A DNA stretch of 37,965 bases, taken from positions 1 to 37,965 of the forward strand of contig JBAQEX010000049.1 in the NCBI GenBank assembly GCA_049286965.1, in the 5' to 3' direction. How positions within the stretch are numbered: position 1 is the stretch's first letter; every line of letters begins with the position of its first letter. Below the pieces are notes generated by a model. It was not told where the DNA came from. It did not search any database and was given only the letters and a program-made list of their open reading frames with translations. This stretch comes from Microgenomates group bacterium. Its GTDB lineage: Bacteria > Patescibacteriota > Microgenomatia > UBA1400 > UBA12108. This document shows positions 9,008 through 16,465 of the stretch, in pieces. The position numbers were made by a program, and so were the translations under genes.

Positions 9008-10233
9008 GATTTATTTGAAAAGTATAACAGAGCAATAAGCAGAAATCCCTCGGTAAGGCCGGTATTGATGGCGGCCGCAGGGGAGCCGTAGGAGGGAATA
9101 AAAGATAAATTGAGGACAGTATTTAAGATGGCGGCAGAAAGATATATCCCCAAAACTAATTTGTCTCGCTTTTTACCTATGAGCCCCCACATAAGGGGGG
9201 CGGTGATATAGAAAAGGGGAAGAGATATGGCCAGCAGGCGCAGAGTGGTTGCGGTCAGGTCCATGCCGGGCTTGACGAAGTTGACTAGGGGGGCTGCAAA
9301 CCAGAGAATGATGGCCACTAGAATACCAATTGCTGCCATTATCTTGGTAGTTTGGTTGATCAGTTTGGAGTTTGATTTTTGGAGATTGCCTTGAAGGGAG
9401 AGGGGGTAAATAACATTCATCACAAACACGGGAAGGACTAAAATAACGTCAAAAATGCGGTAGGCAAAACCATATTGACCCACTTCGGGTGATAAGCGAT
9501 AAATCCCTAGGATTATCGTGTCGATTTTGCTGGCGAGGACACTGGCGATCAAAATAAACCCCAAGATCAGAGAGCGCCGGAGGAGGGGGAGGATGGATCG
9601 CAAAGTTCCGATCTGTCTTTCGCTACGCTGCAGACCGCCGAAAGATCGGAACTTGGGGGGCAACAACAAGACGGAGCAAATAGCCATGGAGAGATAGCCC
9701 AAAGTGTTGGCCAAGATGAGGTGGGATAGAGTGGGGGAATATCTGAGCCAATAGAGAGTAAGGAACGTCCCTAGGAGCGAGCCCACAATGACTGAGATCG
9801 TTGAGCGCCAATATGAGAGCTTGTATTGAAACCAAGAATTACAAGAGGTATAAACACCCTGAAAGAGAATTGCTAAACTGCCGAGCCAAAAAATATTTTT
9901 GACAATAGGAGAATAGCCACCGGGCAAGTAGATAATAACCAAATTCAAAATTCCGATAATCAAAAAAGAGAGGAGAAGGCGGGTCAAGAAAATGGTCTGG
10001 GCGGTGGTTTGCATCTCAGCCTCGGAGCGCGATGAGCGGATGCCCTCGGCGTTTAGACCAAAGTCGATGGCAGTAAAGCCAACGGCCACCATGACCAAAA
10101 TCTTGGTGAGGTCGCCGTAGAGCGGAAGACCGGCGAGGCGGATAGTAAAGTAGGTGGTAATCAAAGTGAGGCCGGCGCCAAAAAACTTGGCAGTCAGCTG
10201 AGCGGCGGTGTTGCTAAAGATTTTTTTGAGCAT
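9004..10233 (-). CDS. MOP/Wzx-like polysaccharide (oligosaccharide) flippase
   Basis: 409-aa polytopic membrane protein with about 12 hydrophobic helices, adjacent to a Wzy-like gene. Carries an in-frame family-B repeat. Confidence 0.55.
   Translation of the reverse strand: MLKKIFSNTAAQLTAKFFGAGLTLITTYFTIRLAGLPLYGDLTKILVMVAVGFTAIDFGLNAEGIRSSRSEAEMQTTAQTIFLTRLLLSFLIIGILNLVIIYLPGGYSPIVKNIFWLGSLAILFQGVYTSCNSWFQYKLSYWRSTISVIVGSLLGTFLTLYWLRYSPTLSHLILANTLGYLSMAICSVLLLPPKFRSFGGLQRSERQIGTLRSILPLLRRSLILGFILIASVLASKIDTIILGIYRLSPEVGQYGFAYRIFDVILVLPVFVMNVIYPLSLQGNLQKSNSKLINQTTKIMAAIGILVAIILWFAAPLVNFVKPGMDLTATTLRLLAISLPLFYITAPLMWGLIGKKRDKLVLGIYLSAAILNTVLNLSFIPSYGSPAAAINTGLTEGFLLIALLYFSNKS
9600..9657. repeat. 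Family-B palindromic element, copy B1, in frame within the flippase gene
   Basis: GCAAAGTTCCGATCT..(28 nt)..AGATCGGAACTTGGGG with perfect 12-bp inverted arms (9603-9614 / 9643-9654). Translated as PPKFRSFGGLQRSERQIGTLR. Confidence 0.8.
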
Positions 10234-11680
10234 AGGGATAGTTTAACGTACAAAAGAGATATAGGAGCAGAATAAAGGATCCCTGGGGGGAGGTGAGGAG
10301 GTAGTGGTCGAAAAATAACAAGGGGAGCAATGGGATAATAATCCAAGCAGGGTCCGACCTGGTCTCACTGCTTGCTTTTGAGGTTCGACTAAACATCTTG
10401 GCTGATAGCCAGGATTTCTTTAGCAGGTCGGACCCTAGAGCAAGGACAATAACCGCAAGGACGCCGAAGAGACCAAACCAGGAAAGAAAAAGAGTAAGGC
10501 TATTGTGGTCGGGCTGGAGGAGACGGAAATTGGGGACAACTGAGGGGTAGGTAGAAATACTTGCTTGGGTACCAGTACCAAAAATGGGGAACTCGCGGAT
10601 AGTTGACAGGGAGACTCCCTGTAAAGTAGCGCGCTGCGAGAGCGAGAGGTCGGAGCGAGGAGGAGAGAGGAGGGAGGTGGCAAGTGAGTAATAGAGTAAG
10701 AGGGTAATAAAGTAATAAAGAAAACGTAATTTAAGATTTTTTAATAGATAAAGGGGGATGATGAGACCAAAGAGAGCGAGGGCGGCGGCGCGAGACTGGG
10801 TGAGAAAAATAATTAATAACACAGAAATTAGGGGTACCCATAGGGTCTGACCCGGTCTCCTGATTGTATTTTGAAGTCGACTAAACATCTTGGCCGTTGG
10901 CCAGGATTTCCTTAGCGGGTCAGACCCTCTGACGACCTGTTGTTTGCTTGCGTTGGGATTTGCAGTCTGACTGAGTTGGATAAGAATCAGCAAGCTAACA
11001 ACTGACCAGCCAGCGAGAATGTTGGGGTGAGAAAAAGTGCCGTAGGCGCGTAGTACGACATGATCCATAAAAGTGCCTAGAGCGATGCCAGGCGCGCCCA
11101 CAGCTACGGTCCGCTCGCCTAGGTAGTACACAAGCCCCCCGACCGAGTGGCCGAGAAATACTTGGACAGAGGCGAGGATTGTTTGGAAGAGGAGGGAGAG
11201 GGAGAGGGCGACCATAAGAATAGGCCGCAAAGTTCCGATCGCTCGCCTAGAATCGCGCAAGGATCGGAACTGGGGTAGCAGGGCTGTAAAAAACAAACAA
11301 TATAAAAGAAAGTGGAGAGACCAGGAGAGGGTGGCGAGGGGATTTTGAGAATATAGGAGATTTACCAATAAAATAGGCACAATTGTACCTATAGGGTCTG
11401 ACCTTCCCGCCTTGGCATCTGCGGGTTGGGCTCGTCCTTTAAGGTCAGACCCTTTAACCGCAAGAAACAGGACAATTAACGTATCTAGGAAGTAGATCGT
11501 GGGGGAGAGGTAGTCGATGCGGATGCCGTAGACCAAACTGGAGGCGGACCAGAAGTGAAACCCAAGCTGAGTAGAGGCAAAAAAGACAATGAGGCCGACA
11601 AATAGATTAGACAGTTTTGAGAGCAATAAAGAGCCTTCTGTCTTGACCGTGGCCGTCTGAGTAACTCGTGAATTCTGCAT
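10214..11680 (-). CDS. O-antigen ligase/Wzy-like polytopic membrane protein carrying four in-frame repeat insertions
   Basis: 488-aa uninterrupted ORF with many TM helices and a Wzy_C-like FLTQSRAAALALFGL segment. The 5' end is uncertain, because ATG 11680 overlaps jag by 74 nt. Confidence 0.65.
   Translation of the reverse strand: MQNSRVTQTATVKTEGSLLLSKLSNLFVGLIVFFASTQLGFHFWSASSLVYGIRIDYLSPTIYFLDTLIVLFLAVKGSDLKGRAQPADAKAGRSDPIGTIVPILLVNLLYSQNPLATLSWSLHFLLYCLFFTALLPQFRSLRDSRRAIGTLRPILMVALSLSLLFQTILASVQVFLGHSVGGLVYYLGERTVAVGAPGIALGTFMDHVVLRAYGTFSHPNILAGWSVVSLLILIQLSQTANPNASKQQVVRGSDPLRKSWPTAKMFSRLQNTIRRPGQTLWVPLISVLLIIFLTQSRAAALALFGLIIPLYLLKNLKLRFLYYFITLLLYYSLATSLLSPPRSDLSLSQRATLQGVSLSTIREFPIFGTGTQASISTYPSVVPNFRLLQPDHNSLTLFLSWFGLFGVLAVIVLALGSDLLKKSWLSAKMFSRTSKASSETRSDPAWIIIPLLPLLFFDHYLLTSPQGSFILLLYLFCTLNYPYAQKNL
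10350..10435. repeat. Family-A palindromic (MITE-like) element, copy A1, in frame
   Basis: Perfect 10-bp terminal inverted repeat GGGTCCGACC / GGTCGGACCC. Internal sequence ..GACTAAACATCTTGGC..GCCAGGATTTC.. is shared with A2 and A4. Translated as GSDLLKKSWLSAKMFSRTSKASSETRSDP. Confidence 0.85.
10835..10974. repeat. Family-A element, copy A2 (long form plus tail module), in frame
   Basis: 12-bp TIR GGGTCTGACCCG / CGGGTCAGACCC (10843-10854 / 10916-10927). Tail is TCTGACGAC..TTGGGATTTGCAGTCTGAC. Near-identical to intergenic copy A4. Confidence 0.85.
11227..11275. repeat. Family-B palindromic element, copy B2, in frame within the ligase-like gene
   Basis: GCAAAGTTCCGATC..(21 nt)..GATCGGAACTGGGG with 10-bp perfect arms (11231-11240 / 11262-11271). 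Translated as PQFRSLRDSRRAIGTLR. Confidence 0.8.
11385..11455. repeat. Family-A element, copy A3 (short form), in frame
   Basis: 13-bp perfect TIR AGGGTCTGACCTT / AAGGTCAGACCCT (11393-11405 / 11441-11453). Same subfamily as A5. Translated as KGSDLKGRAQPADAKAGRSDP. Confidence 0.85.
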
Positions 11681-12059
11681 CGTCTTGGATCATCAAGTGC
11701 ACTTGACGTCTTTCGGTTGAGGAGAGGGGTGGTAAAACACAGGGGGCACCAGAACTCTTGACTTGGTTTTTGGCATTTTCCACCATGGTTTCCAGGGTAG
11801 TTAAGCGACGAGCGCGGTAGCCAGCAACATCCAAAAGAATGTGTTTGTGTACTTCACCACGATTGAGCATGAGTGAGATAATAAGCTGGAGCGAATCTAG
11901 AGTAGAGGCAAAGCGACCAATGAGGCGACCAGCTTCGAGCTCATCCATTTCAACTGTAATTTTGACTAGTTCGTCAGTTTCTTCTATCTTGATTTGGTCG
12001 CTTGTTATATCAAAAAGAGCTAGTAACTCTTCAATTTTTTTTATATCTTCTGGATTCAT
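11607..12059 (-). CDS. jag: Jag/KhpB-type R3H RNA-binding protein
   Basis: C-terminal R3H-like ERRQVHLMIQDDAEFTSYSDGHGQDRRLFI. Canonical position directly downstream of yidC. Confidence 0.8.
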   Translation of the reverse strand: MNPEDIKKIEELLALFDITSDQIKIEETDELVKITVEMDELEAGRLIGRFASTLDSLQLIISLMLNRGEVHKHILLDVAGYRARRLTTLETMVENAKNQVKSSGAPCVLPPLSSTERRQVHLMIQDDAEFTSYSDGHGQDRRLFIALKTV

Positions 12060-12060
12060 A

Positions 12061-12795
12061 TTATTTCCCCTTTATGAGTTTATATTTTTTAGCATAAATT
12101 AGGAGGGCGCCTGGGCCAGAAACCAAGAGTTGTTGAACTAGAGAGAAGGCAGTGGTAATGACCCAGTAGAGAGCAAGGCCAGAGGGAAACTGGATAGAGA
12201 AAATAATGGTCATAATCGGCATCATAAAGACCATTTGTTGCTGCATGGTCGTGGCCATCTCGGCCACATCTTCTTTTTGTGCTTTGGTGCCTTCGCGTTT
12301 TTCGGGTTCGTTTTCAACGGCGGGGAGGATGGTCAAAGACATAATAAATTGGAGCACGCCAGCCAAGACTGGGAGGATGTAGGTTGTGTCTTTGGACTTG
12401 AGATCCCAGAGGAAGAAGGTGGCGTTGATATCTCCCATACCATTACCGTTTAGGGTCGCCATAAAGACTTGGTAGAGAGCAATCAACACGACGAACTGAG
12501 CAATAAAGGGGAGACACCCCGCAGCAGGATTGACATTGTGAGTTTTGTAAAACTCGAGTTGTTTTTGCTGGAAAAGCTTGGCGTCGTGGCCATGCTTTTT
12601 CTTGAGAGCGTCGAGCTCGGGTTTGAGCTGAGCCATTTTTTTGGCGGACTTGAGCTGGGGTAGGGTAAAGGGGATTAAAATGCCACGGACAACGAGGGTG
12701 AGCAGAATGATGGCGAATCCTAGGCTGTGGCCTGTAAGGCCGTACAGCCACAAGAGAGTGTTTAAGATGGGTTGGTAAATATAAGTGTGGTACAT
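12061..12795 (-). CDS. yidC: Membrane protein insertase YidC
   Basis: Short YidC/Oxa1-type protein (..NPAAGCLPFIAQFVVLIALYQV.., ..FPSGLALYWVITTAFSLVQQ..). Synteny rnpA-yidD-yidC-jag. Confidence 0.9.
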   Translation of the reverse strand: MYHTYIYQPILNTLLWLYGLTGHSLGFAIILLTLVVRGILIPFTLPQLKSAKKMAQLKPELDALKKKHGHDAKLFQQKQLEFYKTHNVNPAAGCLPFIAQFVVLIALYQVFMATLNGNGMGDINATFFLWDLKSKDTTYILPVLAGVLQFIMSLTILPAVENEPEKREGTKAQKEDVAEMATTMQQQMVFMMPIMTIIFSIQFPSGLALYWVITTAFSLVQQLLVSGPGALLIYAKKYKLIKGK

Positions 12796-12801
12796 AGTTG
12801 G

Positions 12802-13011
12802 TTATGGTACAGGGTCAAAACCGCCCGCAGACCATGGATGACATTTTAACAGCCTTTTGGCAGATAACCAAGCACCATAAAGGATCCCGTGTTTGGCGAT
12901 GGCTTGTTTGGTATATAGCGAACAGGTGGGGGAGTAGCGACAACGACCATGAGAGAGGCCCAGGTTGGCGGCTGCGACTTTAGAATAAGCCAGTATTTTG
13001 TGATAGTTCAT
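12802..13011 (-). CDS. yidD: Membrane protein insertion efficiency factor YidD
   Basis: [27 protein letters not shown] signature. 69 aa. Overlaps the rnpA 3' end. Confidence 0.9.
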   Translation of the reverse strand: MNYHKILAYSKVAAANLGLSHGRCRYSPTCSLYTKQAIAKHGILYGAWLSAKRLLKCHPWSAGGFDPVP

Positions 13012-13312
13012 TTTTGATCTGATCCTCTGAGGCTTTGCCTTTTAATAAAACTATTGGTTTAAAGACAACAACACAATCTAGGTTTTTATCTTTGAGCATT
13101 TTCCAAACCTGGTCATAGGCTAGGCGTTTAAAAGAGTTGCGGGCGACGGCACGTTTATTTACTTTGATTGGGACGATGACGGCGAGACGACTTGGGGTGT
13201 GGGGTAGGGACATAATCCGGAGATGTGGGGTGGTGGTTTGCTTGGCGCGGGCACGAAATGCCAAAAATTGAGTACGAGTCGGGAACTTGTTGGATTTGGA
13301 GATCATATTCAT
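12980..13312 (-). CDS. rnpA: Ribonuclease P protein component
   Basis: 110-aa basic protein with [15 protein letters not shown] (RNR-like motif). Located between rpmH and yidD. Confidence 0.85.
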   Translation of the reverse strand: MNMISKSNKFPTRTQFLAFRARAKQTTTPHLRIMSLPHTPSRLAVIVPIKVNKRAVARNSFKRLAYDQVWKMLKDKNLDCVVVFKPIVLLKGKASEDQIKNELSQNTGLF

Positions 13313-13320
13313 ATTATACC

Positions 13321-13457
13321 TTTAAGGTCCGACCTGGTCTCCTGTTTGTATTTGAAGTCGACTAAACATCTTGGCCGTTGGCCAGGATTTCCTTAGCAGG
13401 CCGGACCTTCTGACGGCTAGGTGTATGTTAACTTTGGGAATTGCAGTCTGACCAACC
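13321..13457. repeat. Family-A element, copy A4 (long form plus tail), filling the rpmH-rnpA intercistronic gap
   Basis: AAGGTCCGACCTGGTCTCCTG..GACTAAACATCTTGGCCGTTGGCCAGGATTTCCTTAGCAGGCCGGACCTTCTGACGGC..TTGGGAATTGCAGTCTGACCAACC. Ends 1 nt from the rpmH stop codon. Confidence 0.85.
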
Positions 13458-13458
13458 T

Positions 13459-13593
13459 TTAAACTGTTAGCTTCGCGCGACCCTGAGCGCGGCGACGGGA
13501 AATGACGAGGCGACCCTTGTGGGAAGCCATGCGGATACGAAAGCCGTGGGTGTTGCGGCGTTTGATTTTTTTGGGTTGATAAGTGCGTTTCAT
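13459..13593 (-). CDS. rpmH: 50S ribosomal protein L34
   Basis: Not in the ORF track (<60 aa). My translation of the minus strand gives [44 protein letters not shown], a typical L34. Canonical position opposite dnaA. Confidence 0.9.
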   Translation of the reverse strand: MKRTYQPKKIKRRNTHGFRIRMASHKGRLVISRRRAQGRAKLTV

Positions 13594-13633
13594 AAGTCTG
13601 TGCATTTTAACACGAGAAGAGTGGATTTGTCAC

Positions 13634-13684
13634 TGTGGGAGCTAGTTTTGATATATTGTTTAGTGTGGAAAAGTTGTGGATAAT
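13634..13684 (+). promoter_or_regulatory. dnaA upstream region: reverse-oriented DnaA boxes overlapping a -10-like GATAAT
   Basis: TGTGGATAA at 13675-13683 is the perfect complement of TTATCCACA. TGTGGAAAA at 13664-13672 has one mismatch. GATAAT at 13679-13684 lies 6 nt upstream of ATG 13691. Confidence 0.55.
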
Positions 13685-13690
13685 AAGCGT

Positions 13691-15040
13691 ATGGACGTCA
13701 TATCAACTTGGAAGGCTGTGCTTGGGGAACTCGAAGTTTCGATCTCGAGCGTATATTTCCCCACTTGGATTAAGCCGCTCTCCATTGCGTCAATTGAAAA
13801 GGCTGGAGACGAATCTCAGCTCGTTACGCTGTTGTGTCCCTCGGCCTACCACCAGACCATGGCAACCCAGAGATATCAAGGCCAAATCCAGCGCAGCTTG
13901 GAGCGGATTACGGGGACTAAGACAGAATTGGCTTATGTGGTAGGGAAAGACCCGGGTGCAGAAACTGCCAAATCTCCCTCCCCACTATTTGACACTGCCA
14001 TGCCGGCGGCGATGCCTGGAGCTGGTCATCACAATTTGAACCCGCGCCTGACATTTGAGACTTATGTGGTTGGGGGGTCAAATAATTTTGCCTACGCCGC
14101 GGCGCAGGGAGCGGCCAAATCCCCGGGGACTCGCCATAACCCGTTATTTATTTATGGTGGAGTAGGGCTGGGCAAAACCCACCTGATGCAGGCTATCGGA
14201 CACGCTATTTATCGCGACCACCCAGACTGGAATATTATGTATATCTCGGCAGAAACTTTTGGGAGCGACCTCATTGCTAGCTTGCAAAACAAAAGAACGG
14301 CGGCGTTTAAGAAAAAATATCGAGCTCCAAACGTGCTCTTGATTGATGATATTCAATTTATTGCTGGGAAAGAATATACCCAGGAAGAATTCTTTCATAC
14401 GTTTAACGAGCTTTATATGTCGGAGAGGCAGATAGTACTCACCTCTGATAGGCCCCCTCAGGAAATCCCCAAGATCGAAGAGAGATTGAGTTCTAGATTT
14501 ATGGGGGGGCTGATGGTAGATATCCAGTCGCCAGACTTTGAAACCAGGGTCGCGATCCTGACTCAAAAATGCAAGTCTCTAAACATAGAGGTCCCCAGCG
14601 AGGTGGTGGGGCTGATTGCCGAGAAAACTACGACAAATATCCGCGAACTGGAGGGGGCGTTGCAGGGAATTCTGACCAAATCAGTGCCGCTGGGGGGAGA
14701 GATCACGAGCGACATGGTGCGGGAATATTTTGGGGCCGAACATGAGCGTAGGAGCCAGCGGATCAGACCAAGTAGTGTGATAAATAAAACGGCACAATAT
14801 TTTTCTTTTAAGAGCGCAGAACTGGTGGGGGCGAGCCGCAAAGCCCCCCTGACTAACGCCAGGCACACGGCGATGTATCTCCTTTACAAGGATTTACAGC
14901 TGCCATATGAACAAGTGGGGAGGCTTTTTGGGGGACGCGACCACACCACTATTATCCACGCGGTGGAGAAAATTGAGGAGAAAATAAAAACTGATCCAGA
15001 GATGGCAAAAATTATAGCGGATATAAAGCACGATTTATGA
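13691..15040 (+). CDS. dnaA: Chromosomal replication initiator protein DnaA
   Basis: Walker A GGVGLGKTHL, LLIDDIQF, and C-terminal DNA-binding RHTAMYLLYKDLQLPYEQVGRLFGGRDHTTIIHA. The ORF-track start 13676 is a GTG inside a DnaA box, so the start was trimmed to ATG 13691 (MDVIS). Confidence 0.93.
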   Translation: MDVISTWKAVLGELEVSISSVYFPTWIKPLSIASIEKAGDESQLVTLLCPSAYHQTMATQRYQGQIQRSLERITGTKTELAYVVGKDPGAETAKSPSPLFDTAMPAAMPGAGHHNLNPRLTFETYVVGGSNNFAYAAAQGAAKSPGTRHNPLFIYGGVGLGKTHLMQAIGHAIYRDHPDWNIMYISAETFGSDLIASLQNKRTAAFKKKYRAPNVLLIDDIQFIAGKEYTQEEFFHTFNELYMSERQIVLTSDRPPQEIPKIEERLSSRFMGGLMVDIQSPDFETRVAILTQKCKSLNIEVPSEVVGLIAEKTTTNIRELEGALQGILTKSVPLGGEITSDMVREYFGAEHERRSQRIRPSSVINKTAQYFSFKSAELVGASRKAPLTNARHTAMYLLYKDLQLPYEQVGRLFGGRDHTTIIHAVEKIEEKIKTDPEMAKIIADIKHDL

Positions 15041-15049
15041 AAAACGTAG

Positions 15050-15270
15050 TTATCAACAATCATTGTGGAAAGATCAGTGGAGAAGCTAGGGAGAACTCGC
15101 TGGCGGTTCTGCCACAAAGGGGGACAACTAGAGTTGTCCACATAATGCACGAGTTATTCACAAAGTTATCCACAGGGTTTTGCACGGCGATTAAAGATAT
15201 CTATCCACGAATCCACCGGCTCTACTACTACAACTACTTTATTTAATATATATTAGTGATAGCAATAAAG
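15050..15270 (+). promoter_or_regulatory. Putative oriC: DnaA-box cluster plus AT-rich unwinding element between dnaA and dnaN
   Basis: Boxes: TTATCAACA 15050-15058, TGTGGAAAG 15064-15072 (reverse), TTGTCCACA 15134-15142, TTATTCACA 15154-15162, TTATCCACA 15166-15174 (perfect), CTATCCACG 15201-15209. AT-rich TTTATTTAATATATATTAGTGATAGCAATAAA at about 15238-15270. Confidence 0.7.
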
Positions 15271-15283
15271 AGGAAGCGCAATT

Positions 15284-16381
15284 ATGAAAATAGAAGTTTT
15301 GCAAGAACAGCTCATTTATGGATTTAATATAGTGGGGAGAGCGGTAGCCAGTCGGGCCCAGCTCCCTGTTTTGTCGCACATCTTGATTGAAGCCAAAAAT
15401 GAGGGACTCGTGTTGTCGGCGACTGATCTAGAGATTGGGATAAAAATCAAAGTGGCGGCTAAAGTAATTGAGAGTGGGGTCGTGGCAGTGCCCGCCAAGA
15501 TGTTAGGAGAATTTTTATCCTCGTTAAATCCGGGCAAACTGGAGCTCACCACGACGGGCGAGACCCTGACGGTCAAAGCTCCTGGATATAGTGGCAAATT
15601 CCAGACAATCAGCGCCGATGAGTTCCCTATGATCCCAGAGTTGCCAGAAAATGGGAGCATTTGTACTTTGACACACAAAGGTTTGGCCGAGGCGGTGGCG
15701 GGTACGGTGTTTGCGAGCGCGAAAGATAGCTTGAGACCAGTGTTAACTGGAGTCTTGTGGGAGTTTGGGAAGAAAAAAGTGAGGCTGGTAGCAACGGACG
15801 GGTTTCGCTTGGCTGTTGAGGAGATGGCGGTGGACACAAACACTCAACTGACCAGTTTATTGATTCCGGCGCGAGTGGTAATGGAAGTAGTCAGACTTGA
15901 CAGTGAAGAACCTATTGTTGTGGGGCATTTGTCCAGCACTAATCAAATTTATTTTGTGGCAGGTGAAGTCCAGATAGTGTCCCAGCTTTTATCAGGTAAT
16001 TTCCCTGATTACAACAAAATTTTGCCAAAGGAGTTTACGTCGGAGATTAAAGTAAGCAGAGACGAACTGCTCCAGGCGATAAAGGCTGCGCATATATTCG
16101 CACGCGACAACTCAAACATGGTGAGATGGCAAGTAGAATCTAGCAAATTGGTGCTATTGTCTAGCTCTCCCGAGAGAGGAGAATGTCGGGTAGAAGTCCC
16201 GATTGATCTGGCGGGGGATGATATCGAGATAATTTTTAATGCTAAATATGTCCTTGATTTCTTGGGGATTGTGACGGGGCCAAATCTATGGATAGGGCTG
16301 GGGGGAAAGCTGTCTCCCGGGATGATCCGGGACGCTGAGCGAGATAACGGGCAATATGTAGTGATGCCGATTAACGCATAA
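15284..16381 (+). CDS. dnaN: DNA polymerase III beta sliding clamp
   Basis: 365 aa. MKIEVLQEQL.. N-terminus and a length consistent with three clamp domains. Immediately downstream of dnaA. RBS AGAGGAAG. Confidence 0.9.
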   Translation: MKIEVLQEQLIYGFNIVGRAVASRAQLPVLSHILIEAKNEGLVLSATDLEIGIKIKVAAKVIESGVVAVPAKMLGEFLSSLNPGKLELTTTGETLTVKAPGYSGKFQTISADEFPMIPELPENGSICTLTHKGLAEAVAGTVFASAKDSLRPVLTGVLWEFGKKKVRLVATDGFRLAVEEMAVDTNTQLTSLLIPARVVMEVVRLDSEEPIVVGHLSSTNQIYFVAGEVQIVSQLLSGNFPDYNKILPKEFTSEIKVSRDELLQAIKAAHIFARDNSNMVRWQVESSKLVLLSSSPERGECRVEVPIDLAGDDIEIIFNAKYVLDFLGIVTGPNLWIGLGGKLSPGMIRDAERDNGQYVVMPINA

Positions 16382-16465
16382 AGTTAAATGTGTCCCAAAC
16401 ATTGTCGGACGAAAATTTGTGACCTCCGGTACAAGAACCTCCGCGCCTGTAATGTCGGCAAAATT

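Noticed and set aside
10214-11680. O-antigen-ligase-like gene as a repeat-disrupted pseudogene.
   Set aside because: Despite four repeat insertions, the reading frame is continuous for 488 codons, and every insertion falls between hydrophobic helices. This is more consistent with a functional gene with remodelled loops. Expression data would still be needed.
13635-13943. Alternative-frame ORF and the GTG start at 13676 for dnaA.
   Set aside because: The GTG lies inside the perfect DnaA box, and ATG 13691 gives a canonical DnaA N-terminus. The other-frame ORF is a shadow of dnaA.
15037-15246. 69-aa ORF between dnaA and dnaN.
   Set aside because: It coincides with the DnaA-box cluster and AT-rich element and has no RBS. 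It is interpreted as non-coding oriC.
16382-16465. Short direct repeats in the convergent dnaN/virB4 gap (TGTCGGnnAAAATTT twice, ACCTCCG twice).
   Set aside because: The repeats are very short, there is no inverted symmetry or T-run to support a terminator, and there is no similarity to families A or B. Chance occurrence or a weak regulatory site cannot be distinguished by eye.
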